A stretch of DNA of 59,815 bases, the filler included, from Sphacelaria rigidula (lineage: Eukaryota): assembly GCA_964200075.2 (NCBI GenBank). It is 8 parts of 8 records of this genome, joined end to end, with 100 filler letters (N's around TTAATTAATTAA, not from the genome) between each part and the next. Parts side by side here need not be neighbours in the genome. Positions count along the whole stretch, not along the records: positions 22,471 to 29,860 come from CAXNAA020015138.1; positions 29,961 to 37,349 come from CAXNAA020015139.1; positions 37,450 to 44,838 come from CAXNAA020015140.1; 5 more parts are not named here. One strand, given 5' to 3'. Made by a program: the position numbers and the translations under genes. The notes below the pieces were generated by a model. That model was given only the letters and a program-made list of their open reading frames with translations. It was not told the DNA's origin and made no database searches. Numbering within the stretch: the stretch's first letter is position 1; every line of letters begins with the position of its first letter. Below are positions 24,529 through 38,369 of this stretch, piece after piece.

Positions 24529-25834
24529 GATGCAACCAAACCCTCTGTTGCTTATCAACACAACTTTGCCTGACGATCGCGCATTCAGCGTTCACCGTCA
24601 TCCTGGTGACCGCGCTGTTCCACCCCGCCCGGACGCCGCCACCATCCGTGCTGTTGAACAGTAAATCGCAGATTTGCAGCACAACTTACGCTCCGCGCTA
24701 AAAATGGACAGTAAGGTGCCTTCGAATTCGGTACCCCGCTCGGCCACCATCACTGCCGCGGCCGACACGGATGCCGAGAGCGTCCACACCAACTGACGAC
24801 AGCTGACTTCACCAGCTGCGTCACCCGTTGTGCTGGCCGCCGCCCCCAAGCCTTCGGTCGTTACCGGTGCACCTGGGGAGACAACGTCAGTTGCCGCGCC
24901 CCCATCGGCTCCTACACTTCCTCCGACCGCGACGACCGCTCCCCATCCTCTTCTCGGTGAGGAACACTGCCCGATCGGCTTGTTGCCGCGAGTTGTTTTG
25001 GTCGATCCTCGGAAGGGACAAGAATGACTCATCCGCGAATACGCAGTCTTCTCGCCACCATTACCTCCCACCCCCCCAGCACTGTCTCCCCGCCAACAGG
25101 CGGACGACAATGCCAACCGCCTCATAGACGGGGAGCTGTCAGCAAAAGTCAAGCGCCAACAGACTGCGGTGGACGCGGCTCGAACTCGCCAACTGGCGGC
25201 ACAGCGTAACCTCGACGAAAGAAGGGAAGCTTACAAGACATTGCGCACCCTTTTGCGTCAGGACGAAAAAACAAGTCCCCCGCGATTACACGACGACTAC
25301 GGCTGCCGCCGTCAACGAGCTTCTATCTCTCGAAGCCGATCATCGGCTCCATCGTCTTCGGACGACCCCTTGGCCCTGAGCTGCCGCCCCGCACCGATCG
25401 CACCCTTCGGGAGATGCGTAATACCGCATACCCCGCGAAAATCAGCACCCCACGTATGCTGCGGCGGCTGCCACTGCTGCACCATACACGGGCGAACGCG
25501 CTCGGTTACACGTTTCACCCCACGGTCTGTGACTGCAGCATTGTCATCAACTGCCGCCACTCCTACCGCACTGGGGCGCCTAAATCTTCAGGACCACAGG
25601 CGCGCATCGCTGTCGCTGAAAATCAGCGATCTGTCGGGACCGTACGAAATCCAGAACGTACTCCGCTGCTCGCACGGAGCATGGATTTCCCTCGCAATAT
25701 CCATTGACAGTGTGGCCGTCCCCTTCCTCCACCAAGGAGGAACGCTTCCTAACAATGATCCTGGGTTGCTCTCCTATTCTCTAGCTGCTTCCGCTTGTAT
25801 CCGCGAGTACATCGTCGGTTCTGGCGGGGATTGA
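24529..25834 (+). pseudogene. Decayed GC-rich ORF of ~435 codons, probably TE-derived (gag/ORF1-like)
   Basis: Track ORFs 24266, 24830 and 25169 share one frame broken only by single stops (TAA 24662, TGA 24794, TGA 25025). The product is Pro/Ala/Thr-rich with a coiled-coil-like stretch. No diagnostic motif was recognised. Confidence 0.5.
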
Positions 25835-28800
25835 TGTGGCGGCGGTGATCGCCGCGACGGGAAACACCACCGGCGTCGTGTCGTGGAAGTCGTCGTCATC
25901 ATCCCTGCGGCGTGTCGAGCGTGATTGATCCATTCGTCGGTATCGGCGGCCGAGGTGGTGCTGTAAGCGGCGCGCAACGCCGTGAAGACCGCGATGACGG
26001 CGTTCTCATGCATATTTGATCGGGTCCGCCGCCAATGGTCAGGTAAAGAACCAGTCGGCCGAGGGAGAGCAACCCAGGGTCCTTGTTGGGGAGCGTTGTT
26101 GGGGATAACTACAGGTCGTATTTCCGCCGGATTAGTATTTTTCACACTTATTTTTGCTAATAACACGCTATATATGATCCGCTGAGCTGAACCAGATCTC
26201 CTCACCGATGACCCCGGACTTCTTGCACTGAGTGTTGTCTTGGGTGTGCTGGTGTCCACTCCCGCTGAGATTTTAAATTTCGCACTTCAAGCACATTATA
26301 CCTGAACTTTGGCTGTACACCCCGCCTTGATCGCCCTGTTGCTGCGTAGTTCCCCCCCATCGCATCGTACCGGGCGGACCCCCCGATGGGGTTGGCGTCG
26401 GTTGGCAACGACGTTGTAAAACACGCCACTCACTCCGTGAGCTAGGCAACCAGGTTACCGGGGGGTTTTGCGCGCTTGAGTTTTTTTCCCGGTAACCATG
26501 ATGGTAGTCGAGCTAGATCATGTGGTGCGGCGTGGGAGAACCTCAACTCCGCACAGTGAGGATGATCGTACTACGTTGTGTTCACATGGTGAGACACCCA
26601 TGAGGCAGTGTATAAGCCGTGACTGTCTCTGGAAGTGGCGATACCAGAAAATGAAGTAACCCATTGTAGGCTGTCATCCAAATGCCAGATCATCAGTAAG
26701 CTTCGGGGCGAACAATCTTAGCAGGATGCAGCTCACTCTTCATGCAACTCGCCGAACACACGACGGTGCTTCGCGCTTGGTGATTGAGNNNNNNNNNNCG
26801 GCTTTGTAGGGATGCGAGGTCAATAGTCTTATGACTATGGCATGCATGATCATGAGTACACCCCCATCGCATCGTACTTCACATTGCACGCCTTTTTCAA
26901 GGCAGGTTTGATCATTCAAACGCCCCGCCACGGCCACGAGTGGTGTGCAACTCTCGCTTCACGCGATGGATATTTCGGGACGGGGTCGGACAATGACGTG
27001 AAGCCCACTTGGATGTGCGTCAGACCAATGCAGTCACCGCGATGCTACGCCGCGACCACGTTTTCCCTCCCTTGTTTCCGGATTGTTTGGCATACCTTCA
27101 TTGTTCCATCAGCTTATAGAGTCTACGCGTGCGTACCATCAAGTGCTTATGGCCACGCCTTTTTCCCGCCTTAACATTACTTTGTAGATGGACTTGCGTT
27201 TGTTTTGTCTTGTTCAACATGGATAGTGATTGTCACGTAAATGCAACGTTCCCTTCTTATGGATTACACGTTTGGTGTGACGGATCGCAGCGATGCTTGC
27301 ACATGGAGGTGTAGGAGAAGATGGCCTTAGCAATTTTTCTTTTTCTTCGCCTAATGAATTTTTCTATTACGAGTGTAAAAGAGTCCTTCTTCGTTGAATC
27401 TCAAAGTTGCTCGGCGCAATGGTATGGTGCCGAGATAATATTGATTTAACTGCGAAACGACTCGTGTAGTGTGGGCTGATGTCATGAGGCTCAGAAACGT
27501 TGCGAGATATTCTCATAATGTGCAGACCTGCTTGTAGGCCCTGGGTTCCGTGACGCGTTGTGCCGCGCTCATTATTGCCATTTTTATAGCAATGTGACCA
27601 CAAGCCACCCCTAACCTGGCACCACAGCCACGCAATGCTCCTATGGCTTCAAGTTTCACTGGTGATATGATTTTAATAAATTGGAATCAGTGTTGCGCCT
27701 CAGCTATACTGAGCTAGAGAGCTACTAATAGAAATAATATATGCTACCAACACGTGAGTCTCTCATCCTTCCGGAGGAGAACATGAGAAACTGTTGACAC
27801 ATGAGGATTTGTGTGAATTCGTATGAAGAGAGAAGCGTAGGCCTTCTGCAGTGTACCCTTGTGCGAGCTTGGTTAACTAAAACCATGGTATCTCCCGGTA
27901 GCTGTACTTAGAGACCCCAGCTGCATCGTTGCTATCTCTATAACACTTGGCGTTGACGGCAGAATGCCTATAGAGAGAGGGAGCAGTTTCCCACGAATAT
28001 TATTCATAGTGAACAGTCATAATGGTGTCTAGAAGCTGGCCATTTACCTGTCACGGTTTCTACAACCGAACAACCAGGAACAGCATTAAAAACGACAAAA
28101 ACATACACAGAACTTCAAGGGTACACGAAATAAGTTTGTTTCCACATCAACCTAGTACCTGCTTTTTCACTTCAGACCTCTCACGGGGGGGGGGGGCGAG
28201 GGTACCCGACCGCGCTCCTCCCGTCCTCGCCCCCTAGAGCTCTAAACGCCATACCAACTCCTTTATGAACCCATCACACATAATGCATACACTGAAAAAC
28301 AGCTGCGTAGGAAAATGGTCCCAGCCTCCTATGTAAAGCTGGGACATACAGTAAAGGGAGGAATGTTTGGAATTGTACGTAAGATGCATGATGGGGTTAC
28401 GGCGACAGAATTGTACTATATTCCTTCGACTGTGCTATATATGGCTTAACCGATCGCACTTCGTCACAGGACGTCTTTCAACTTCGATGTGGTCTACGAT
28501 CCGCGCTCCGCTCTTATGGCGACTTTTTGTGCAGAATGCACACGACGACAAAGTTATCACCATCATGATCACGAAAATACACAACGATGTGAGGCATATG
28601 CTCGAGAATATGGTCAAAAATGGCGGCACAAGAAACTGACTTTTCGGATATTTCCATGTACAACTCAGGGTGGTTCACGCTTATTTTGTGGTGCGATTCA
28701 ATCGTCCGCAAATAAGGCCCATTATTATCGATACTGCATGTTCAGAGATCTCAGAAGTTTTCAGAGTTTTCGGACCCAGCGTTCAGATTTCTCCGAGAAC

Positions 28801-31797
28801 GAAGCGGCTTGAATTTTTCTCCGAAGCTTCATTTTTGGAGAAGTCCAAAAAAATCAGGCTGCAACGCAGCAGCACTTCGGGGAGGTGCCCCGTGAAAAAG
28901 CCGTGGCGCTCGTAAGCGTTCGAAAAACATCAGGTACCTTGCCGATCCCGACAACCTCGGAGACTTCCGAACAAACAGTGTCGACAGTAATGAGTCTACA
29001 TGATCACGTCGTTTCTTGGAGCTAAAAAATGGGGGGGGGAAGTGCCCACATCGATCTGAGACCACGTGGCATATAGGCCGCTTCTTACGGCGAACGAAAC
29101 AAAAACAGTGAAGCTGCCTTCTTCGTCCTTGTGCGTCATTTTACGCGCTCAAAGCGAGCTGAAGTGATCTTGACACCTTGAAATGACTCAATGTTGCTCT
29201 TCTGTTCGTTGAGACGGTTCCGCGACCTCTTAGCGTTTTTCCCGTGGCCGCAGTTCTTTTTGCTCAAACAACCATTTTCGTCCAGAGAAGATCAAGTCCA
29301 GGGGAGAATAGCGTTTCTTTCTAGATTTGACCGTTCTTGACCGTTCTGCAAGTTTGGCCCCAAAAACCTGCGGCCACCGGAGATCGTTTGGATGTCCTGC
29401 AACCGTCCCAACGAGTACAGAGCAGACCAGTCCAAGGTATCAACCTTCGTCTACTAGCTCTTTTCTAGGTCGTGAAACGACGAAGAGGGACCAAAAAAGC
29501 GGTTTTACAGGACTTTTTGTTTGTTTGCCATAAGAAGCGGCCTTACGAAGATTTCTAAGACCAATCTTTCTGTTCCCCCGCCACTTATCGGGGGTCGCAA
29601 GTTCTGCCGGGACTGGGGGGATCACATGCCTATCTGCCCCCCCCCCGAGAACTAACAGTGGATCCTAGAAAATGGGTTCCATCTCAAAAATGAGGTTGAA
29701 ATCGCATTTCGTTTTTGCAGGGATGACGCGAAACACTTACGACCGAGTGAAGCCATCTTCCCTCCCAAATGTCCGCAGCAGTTAAGCAGCCGTGGCTAGG
29801 TGCACCTAACGAATGCGGTGTACACGCGTGTCGATGACGAGATCACCAGAGAGAGAAGCANNNNNNNNNNNNNNNNNNNNNNNNNNNNNNNNNNNNNNNN
29901 NNNNTTAATTAATTAANNNNNNNNNNNNNNNNNNNNNNNNNNNNNNNNNNNNNNNNNNNNCCCCCCCCCCCCCCCCTCCCCCCTCCCGCCCCCCCGCCGT
30001 CGCCCCATCCCCTCCGTCCCCCCCCCCCCCCCCCCCCCGCCCCCGCCCCCGCCCCCGCCCCCCTCCCCATTTCTTGACCGATGCAAGCGTACGCATCTGC
30101 ATATTGGCCCCCTGGCGTTGAGGGTATAAATTACTGAAAACAAATTCATGGGAATATCTGTTCCCACGTATCGAAATCCTTCTCTTCCCGTCATCCAAAC
30201 AACCATTGTGCACTGCGAACTAGCAACACTTCGACAACAACAAAGAAACAAAAAAACACTTCACGCACACCTCACTTTTGGCATCACCTCGCGCTTCGGC
30301 CCAGTCCTCCCATGGCATATTTTGAGCTTTTCAACTACTGTAGCAGCCAGCATATGACCGACACACGAAATCATCACCGCTAAACGTTGGCCCGCCCTCC
30401 CGTCAACCCGCCACGAGCCACTCCCCACGTTTTCATCTCGACACCTCATTACTGAAAAATCGGCCCTTGATCAATTGCCGCGCGAAAAGTGATCCGTCAA
30501 AAATGCAGTCGTGGCCACAGGACAGACAGACACTTCGCGTATCATTGCATTTGACGCCGTACAAGCTGCAGTCTTCCTACCGAATACGTTTGTCGACCGT
30601 CTGGGTATTTTGCCTCGGGTCAACGTTAGCTTCAGGTTAGGACAGGAATACCAACCGCCGCACAGCAACAGCACCGCCACCTCAACCACAAATATTTTGC
30701 ACTCCCCCCCCCCCCAAACCAAACCAAACAAACTGTAAGCTGTGCCGTCAAGTACCCGTACTGTGATGGCAGCATCCCCTCTTTCACGTGTGAAGAACAT
30801 TCAACATCCAATGTTGACACATCATGATAAACAAAAGCCGCTGCGCACAATTTCTCCGAGTTCCGCCAGCATCAAGACAATACAGAGAATACACATTATT
30901 GTACACCCCTCCCCCCCCGTAGCTTGTATCTGCCCGTTCACTAGGCAATCATTTATTCAACAACCGTCATTTCCAACCAACCATGACGTATCCAAACAAC
31001 TGTCGCCATCCCCGATCATCATGCGCATCGAAGAAGGTCTGTAGTGGTGGGTTATACGAATATATTCAATCGCGACAAGACACCTGGCTCATCCCCGCTG
31101 GCAATGCCGCACAAACTTCCCCGTTGTGACCACGCGAATAAGCAGTAGTACGCGTTCTTTGCCGCGGCGTCTACTCACGGCACCACTCCACCCCTATTTA
31201 CACACGACACAGCTATTAGCGAACAGTAAATAACAAGAACCCCTTCCGATCTGCATCAGTAAACAGTAAACAAGCGCAACGAAAAAACAGGCAACAGAGA
31301 CACAAGAGCGCCTCATCACACAACTCAAGAAACCATTGCACACCCACATTTTCACCACCCTCTTCACGCCACATACTCCACCCCGACTCAAATCCCGATT
31401 TGCGCCACACATTATTCGAAGCGAAAAACAAAAAATCTGATGCCAACCTTACCTATTCATCAATTGCCCCAATATATATCGTTTCTTGTGCATCTATTTT
31501 GGAAACGGTACGCACTGCGGGTACTCGAAAACAAAAACAGGATGAAACAAAGCAAAACAAAACACGGACAATGCAACAAGATCATGAATATCCACCACGT
31601 GACTCGATGGATACCTCGACTCTTGCACCTGTACCACCACGTGACTCGATGTATACCTCGTACTTTGGGACGTATGTCCCTTGTGCACCTGTACCACTGC
31701 GCCCCCCCCCCCGCTTCCCGAACCTCTAGTACCACCTGCCCCCCTTCTATTCTTAAACTATGCATGTACATGAAGCGACAGAAGCGACGGTTCGTGA

Positions 31798-31998
31798 TCA
31801 ACAAGACGGCGAGATGACCAAGCTTTCACTTTTCATGGGCATCGCTGAGATCTGGCTGGGGTCTTTCTGGGACGCGTCTTCCGGGAACAAGCTTTGACCC
31901 TTCATGGACATTGCTGGGATCTGCCTGCGTTCTTGCTGTGGCGTGTCCTCATCTGTCTCGTCGCTCGTTTCGTCGCTCGTTTCGTCGCTCGTCTCGTC
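31798..31998 (-). CDS. Probable terminal exon of an unknown host gene (DETS repeats)
   Basis: Acceptor ctttcag|GAC, then 67 codons to TGA. It is phase 0, matching exon 34748-35047. Confidence 0.55.
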   Translation of the reverse strand, partial: DETSDETSDETSDETDEDTPQQERRQIPAMSMKGQSLFPEDASQKDPSQISAMPMKSESLVISPSC

Positions 31999-32252
31999 CT
32001 GAAAGTCAAGTTCAAGCAGGCAAGTACCGGGGGAGACATGGGTTAATGTCTTCATACTATGGGCTTGTCTACACAGAGTGGGGGGGGGAGGGGAAGTAAA
32101 AGTATGACGGCAAAAAAGAAAAGATACGATGTACCTAAAGAGATACGCCCGCCGCCATAGACCTCAAGTAAAACCTATTCAGATATGCCTAGACACCTAG
32201 ACCGCCAGCCTTTTTCGGAACAGTTTCGCCGGCTGGCAGCCTCGGAGTATTC

Positions 32253-34025
32253 CAGGGTTCTTTACCTTACACGTTACAAATGTGACGTCTTTATGATAAT
32301 ACGTCACTTACGTCACAATTTTATAACGTCACGTTACGTCACGGTGACGTATTTTGGAACGTTTCATGTGTGACATGTGACGTGAAACAACGAAACGTTT
32401 GTGACGTGTGACTTCATTTATAACGTTACACTTCGACCGTGTTCAGGGCAAATAAACGCGACGTACGACGTTGTAACGTTCCATGTAACGTAACTTGGTA
32501 CGGGAAGTTCACGGTAGCGGCCTTGTTCGAGCATGAGGCGCGTTCCCACCGCTATTCTGACATTGTAATGATGCTTTTCAGGAACTGTATCGTTCATTCG
32601 TCCCCGACTCTCACGTTGCAAATCCGACTATATACACAAATACAGTCTCGATACACGATAATAAGATGGTGAGGTGAGATACGAAGATGCGCGCAAGCCC
32701 CATAATGTATACATACAACCGCAAGTATGAACAGGTCATACGTTGGTGATACCTGGTACAATGGTCGGTTGGCATTTCGTAGGACGTCAAAACATAACAA
32801 TCTGATTATGTTTTGTCATAATCAATTGCTCATCCAGCAGGGCGTGTATGCAGACCTTTTCTGGTACTACTACACATGAACTGATGATCCGCTACGAATC
32901 CAGCCGCGCTCGCAGGGCGGACATGATAAAGGTAAAAACACATGATGGCTCATTGTGCCAAGAAGAGAGACGAAAACTTACACAAAATCGCTCGAATAGA
33001 GAAAAACGGCAGAAAAAACAAAACAACACTAGAGCAAGAAAAGAAAAAAAAAGCAAGGCAAAACCAAATAAATCAACAACAAAACTAAACAACAACAGTA
33101 GAGCCACCCAATTTGTCAACGAGGTCACAGGCTCGTTCTACCCTCCGCACCTCTCAAAGGTCGCAACGTCTTTGATTCCTTCGTATTTCTTTTTTTGCTA
33201 CTATTGACGCCAATAAGTGAAAACAAGTCACGGTACGTCACACCATTGTGGCGCGACGTTTGTGACGTGTAACGTTACGCAGGGACCTCGACCGCCCAGA
33301 TGCTGAGGATGTAGGCGAGGTCCAAGAGCGGCCACGTGCAGGGGCGGCACGTGACGACGCAGAGCAACCAGAGGCTGTGGCCCCCTCTGCTGCCCTACCC
33401 TCTCCTGCAGTACATTTTCTCTCTGCTATGCCATACTCTGAAGGGGGACCCTGCGCCGCGCTCATCGTTACCAAATATCGTCGCTTGTCGTTACTTGTTA
33501 CTTTACACGTCGCCCCCGCCCTGTCTGTGCTTTCGAAGCTAGAAATTCGGAGGTTCGAAACTCGTACTTTCGGATTTTCGATATTCGCTCATACGCTTGC
33601 AGATATTTAAGCATTCCATGGTTGAGTGTGGTGCGGCGGTGCATGCTGTGGCGCTGAACATGCGCTAACATGGCGTGCGCATTACGATGACGTATGCACA
33701 CGCTTCTTGAACCCATTCATCATATCATACGAGTATCATACATACATGTATGCACAGGTATGTGCCCACGAATCTCACACTCTTTGTGGTAGAAGTTGGG
33801 TATGTGACATTTGTGACGTTCATTTATACGGCACAAAAATGTAACGTATAAAATACGTTACACATCATAAGCAACGTTTCGAAATACGTTGATCTAACGT
33901 CTCCGTAATAATACGTCACGTCACGTCACGTCACGTCATGTCATGTCACAATTTTTCACCATCAAGTCAAGTCCCGTCACACGCTTGTGATGTGCCGTTT
34001 GTGACGTGTAACGTCAAGAGCCCTG
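32253..34025. mobile_element. Non-autonomous hAT-like transposon (1773 bp) within the intron of the unknown gene
   Basis: 28-bp TIRs CAGGGTTCTTTACCTTACACGTTACAAA and TTTGTGACGTGTAACGTCAAGAGCCCTG. 8-bp TSD GAGTATTC/GAGTATCC. Dense subterminal ACGTCAC/ACGTTAC motifs. Confidence 0.9.
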
Positions 34026-34444
34026 GAGTATCCAGGGTTGTCCAGAGGGAAGGAGAGGGAAGGAGAGGGGGGGATGCCGTTTTCAGTTCAGCGGAAATCT
34101 TCGAAGTCAATCATGCGGGTTTCCAGCAAATTTCTTCTAGGAAGCGGGCGTAGGAACGTCACATCTTGTTCTCAAGTCGGGAAATGGGGGTCGTCGGCTC
34201 CATCGAGAGCAGGAAACCGATGAGCTACGCTAGCTACAGATTGCCTAATACTGCCTACCCTCCTTTTCTTGGTGAACAGTCCTTAAAAATGAGGGGTTTT
34301 TTTCGGAGTAGTCTTCGACACGCTTCCCCCCTGTAGTGTTGTGTAGAGAGCAGAACCGAGCACACCATGACACTGACCATACACACCCACAGCCTATGAA
34401 TTATGCGCCGTGAGGGGCGATGAAACAGCGTGCAGTTCGATCTA

Positions 34445-34765
34445 GCCGTTGATAGGGAAAAATCTATCTGTGAGTATGCATAAATTTGCGGTCAAAAGCT
34501 TGAACCAGCTTGCAATTATCTATCCCGTGAAGGGACGCATGGGGGGGCGCCGCTCGATTTTCGTCCATTCGTGCGTCTCTGACCTCGGTGATAACATCGG
34601 TTTATTTAGCCATTGATGGGGGAAAATTTAACTGTGGGCATGCATAAATTTGCGGTCAAAAGCGTGGACCAGCGTGTAATTAACTATCCCGTGAAGGGAC
34701 GCATGGGGGGGCATCGCTCGATTTTCGTCCGTTTTTGCTTCTCTCACCTCGGTGGTAACATCGCT
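34445..34765. repeat. ~163-bp tandem duplication spanning a splice donor
   Basis: Two copies of ATGCATAAATTTGCGGTCAAAAGC...CTATCCCGTGAAGGGACGCATGGGGGG...ACCTCGGTG.TAACATCG. Confidence 0.9.
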
Positions 34766-35047
34766 TTCCGGTTCCATCTTCTTGCTGTCCCACCCAACGT
34801 TAAGCTTAAACAAGGACGGTATGCTGTTCTTACAGCCAGAAGATTCTTCTTTTTCTCCCTTCTTTTCGACCGCTGTCTCGTCGCCATTCCCTGACGCTGA
34901 TGATACTGATGATTGCTGCTGAAGCGGGACGTCCCTCATTGAGCTCACGGCTGTGTTCAGCGCGATCTCGTCCTCCGTCTCAACGGCCAACTTCAGCAGT
35001 TGTTCCACTTCGTCCGGCATGTCCAGAAGCACGCCCAGTCTCCGAAC
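34748..35047 (-). CDS. Internal exon of an unknown host gene (VRRLGVLLDMPDEVEQLLKLAVETEDEIAL...)
   Basis: Boundaries cgacag|GTT ... GAG|gtgaga give exactly 300 nt, with coding-like GC content and a helical N-terminal half. Confidence 0.7.
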
Positions 35048-36949
35048 CTGTCGAATGAAGCACGAGGACAAAGAGAGAAGGGGCAGGGGTTAGGAGTGGG
35101 ATATCTGTGTAACACAATGAACATAACAGGTAGAAAGGACAAGGTACAAGGTGATGGGAAAAGATCCGAGCTGCCCACACACATGACAAGAGTCACGAGC
35201 TCGGAATTGCCCTTCCAGACACGAGAGCAGTATTTTAATAAAAAATTCAAACCCCAATCCGACGCAAAAACGGAAATTCGAAAACAAATGACATTTCGGA
35301 ACGACTTACTTGGCTACATGTCAAATAAAAAACGCCCAGCTTCCCTTCTCTCGGGACCAACACCATTCTGTTGATATTATGTATCATCTAGGGCGCACTT
35401 TCATGTATATCCGTACGATGAATGGTCTATCCATCTTCTCTTGCAACACTCTAGATAAGGGGGCTCGTACAAAAAGCGATCAACCATACGCGCCTAGTTT
35501 GCCTTGAAAGTCAAGCAACTTGGAATAAATTTTTGATTTGATCGCTCCATGACGCCAGAGACGACCTCAGTACTACCAAGTGTATCTATCGATATTCATT
35601 GCAGCCATGCACAGATTTTATACGTAATCCATCAATAGCGATTACCGTCATCACTAGATGTGGTATACAATCTGTCAAAAGCCATCGTCATCATTAGGTT
35701 TGGCACGCAGTCTATCGACAGCCATCGCCGTCATCAATAGATTTGGAAAGCTATCGATCGATACATTTGGTCGGCCGCAACAGACTGCTGTCCGGACAAA
35801 AGTGTGGGAAACTACAATGTCTATTGCTAATCACAAAAGGATATGCCACGCGGCCAATACATTTTGTTGGTCACAAAAGCATCTAAATTGCGCCCACCAA
35901 TGTCCATTGAGGGTAACAATCATCTGAATCGCGACCACCAATGTATATTGCCGGTCACAATGCAATCTGAATTGCGGCCATCAATGTACCTATTGCTGAC
36001 CACAAAAAACGATGTTTTCGTGAGATTGAGGGTAAAGCGTTGATTGAGAATGGATTTCATCATTCGCTTTTATTTGACCAAGTTTTCATTTTGCGTGCGC
36101 CTTCATTGCCTATCCCATAACACTGGCGTGTGCTACAGCCACACGTCGATATCTTACTCGGGGATATTGAGGGCTTCAGGAGCGAGTTACTACAGAAAGC
36201 GTATCGGGCCTCGTGTAGGGGCATTTCGGAACTGAAACTGTTCATTCGTTAATTGGCCGTTCCTCCCTCTCGTTCTCAAGAAAACATTGTTGAAAGTAGC
36301 TGAATGGCGTCGATCACGAGCGCTATGTATGTACATTTTTCGATTCATGCTCCCACCTTATTCCACGGAAGCTCTGGCCAGCCATCGCCTATTGCTATGG
36401 TCATTGCCGTCAACAATCGATTGTTCTTGGGAGCACCTATCAATAGCCAGTGACGCCAACGATAGCTTTTGAAATATATATTGTTCACCACAGGTCTTGA
36501 AACATCTACAGCATCTCAGAGTCTATTGCGGTACACGATTTGCATCGATGGCGAGTGATACGAGCTGGGCCAGCAGTACATCCCGCATTTGCATCTCCAA
36601 ACAAACTCGTCAAGTTCACCAAATCAGCTCGACTCGAGCATAGCGCTGTGAAATGCAGACCAACCTGGTAATGCACGGCANNNNNNNNNNGATGTGATCG
36701 TACTGCATTGAGTACCGGGAACATCTCGTGTCGTTGTGTGATAGTGTGTCTGATGACGTTTCGTTTTACGAAATGCGGTAGAATTACGGTAGGTAACTGC
36801 GCCGCACAGGCACGCGTTGACTCGACATGAGCAGACGAGAGCACACTGGCACGAGTAGTGCTGCAAGATGGCATCAAGGTTGTCAACAGGTCCATTATGG
36901 GAGAGACCCTCCCAGGCGACGGTCATTTACCACCGTAAGAGGGAGAAGT

Positions 36950-37090
36950 ACTACCTCAAACCGCGCTATACACCCCCCAGATGCAAGGCACTATTCCAGA
37001 CTATGCGCAAAACAAAAATGGTCGTGTCGGGATTCGAACTCGTGACTTCTGTAATAAGAAGCGGTTCTACCAGTCTGACCACCGGGCGCC
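36950..37090 (-). mobile_element. tRNA-derived SINE or tRNA pseudogene (tRNA-like head 37019-37090)
   Basis: A-box-like TGGTCAGACTGG, B box GAGTTCGAATCC, and a head ending CCA followed by a T-run. The acceptor stem pairs poorly. Confidence 0.6.
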
Positions 37091-37449
37091 ACACGAAAAA
37101 TTGGATGCTGTGGGTCAAGAAGAGTTGGGGGCTGAAATTTTTACACAACATTTCCATCATCACCACGCACAACGTTTCTTGAGGTGCATCCGTTTTTTTT
37201 CTTCATGGAGTTACAGCATTTTTTTAGTTTTTGCAGAAACTTCAAATCGCTTAACTTCCTGTTTTCTGTTTTCTTCAACGCACCTCGAGAAATGTTGTGC
37301 GTAGTGTGTGTTGTGTTGTCGTCCCATTTATTCTGGGCACCAGTCTACANNNNNNNNNNNNNNNNNNNNNNNNNNNNNNNNNNNNNNNNNNNNTTAATTA
37401 ATTAANNNNNNNNNNNNNNNNNNNNNNNNNNNNNNNNNNNNNNNNNNNN

Positions 37450-38369
37450 AAGGAAAAAAATGCAAATTTACCTCTGAAAAACCGGGCCGGCGGAAATTCG
37501 GAACACTATTTTACAGGCCGTTTATCGGCCCACCTTTGGTGTTTGTGGGTTGAAACTTTGTGCGGGACCTCGTTAGGTCATGATCAACCAACAAAAATGG
37601 GTGAGAGTGGTTTTTATTTCATTTTTCACCTAGGGCATTCTACTATGGAAACGACCATTTTTTTACGAGAACGCCCGAACCTCTCATTGAAAGAAAAAAA
37701 TGAAGGCTCATTTTTTGTTTCTACTCAGCATACCTCTGTCGTTCTCCATGCCAAGTTTCGAATCACAATTCTAAAAAGTGAGCTGGACAATTGAGATATG
37801 GCCCAAGAGCGGTGTTCATTTTTCCTCAAAACTCCACTAAAAACACGAAAAAAGATGAAAAACAAACGAAGAAAAACCCGAAAAGGCTGTGTTTTTTATT
37901 TCATTATGCACCAGCGATTCTCCATACCAAATTTCATAGCACAACTCTCGAAAACTGAGACGCGATATCCAGATTTAGGTCATCTAGTGCCTCTGCTCGT
38001 AATATACTGATTGTAGTATGTAAATTCATGTGCGCCATATCTCGAGATAGATAACGAATGTGAAGGTGAGGGTATATATCGTCTCCCCGTGGTCCAGGGA
38101 AGGTCCACAACAAAAATCGTCATCATCCGCTTACTCGATCGTTCGGGGTTTCATATAGATTTTAGTGTGGGCGTTATCTCCGCTAGGTATAGGAATTACT
38201 AGACATGGGTTTTAATCAACGAGAAAAAATTGACCCAGATTTTTGAGCACATGGGCACCTTCCCCTTGATAAGACGATTAATACGAAATGCGGATCACGG
38301 CCCAACTCGTCTGTGTCGTCGAGATATCGCTTTGAGAGCTCAAATCCGTTTTTAGGCTGGCCCAGCTCG
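37450..38369. mobile_element. Fragment of the same TA-targeting element as 807-2227
   Basis: Collinear similarity to ~1680-2227, ending GGCTGGCCCAGCTCG|TA. Confidence 0.8.

Noticed and set aside
30985..31037. EF-hand-like peptide TFFDAHDRDGDSCLDTS on the minus strand after a cag
   Set aside because: It lacks the position-12 acidic residue and no in-phase neighbouring exons could be linked. Too weak to call.
36750..36775. Hammerhead ribozyme core CTGATGA...GAAA
   Set aside because: The closing bases of stem II do not pair (C...C), and no stems I/III were found.
37019..37090. Functional tRNA gene (also considered at 22471-22537)
   Set aside because: Acceptor and anticodon stems pair poorly. 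Both are better explained as SINE heads or pseudogenes.
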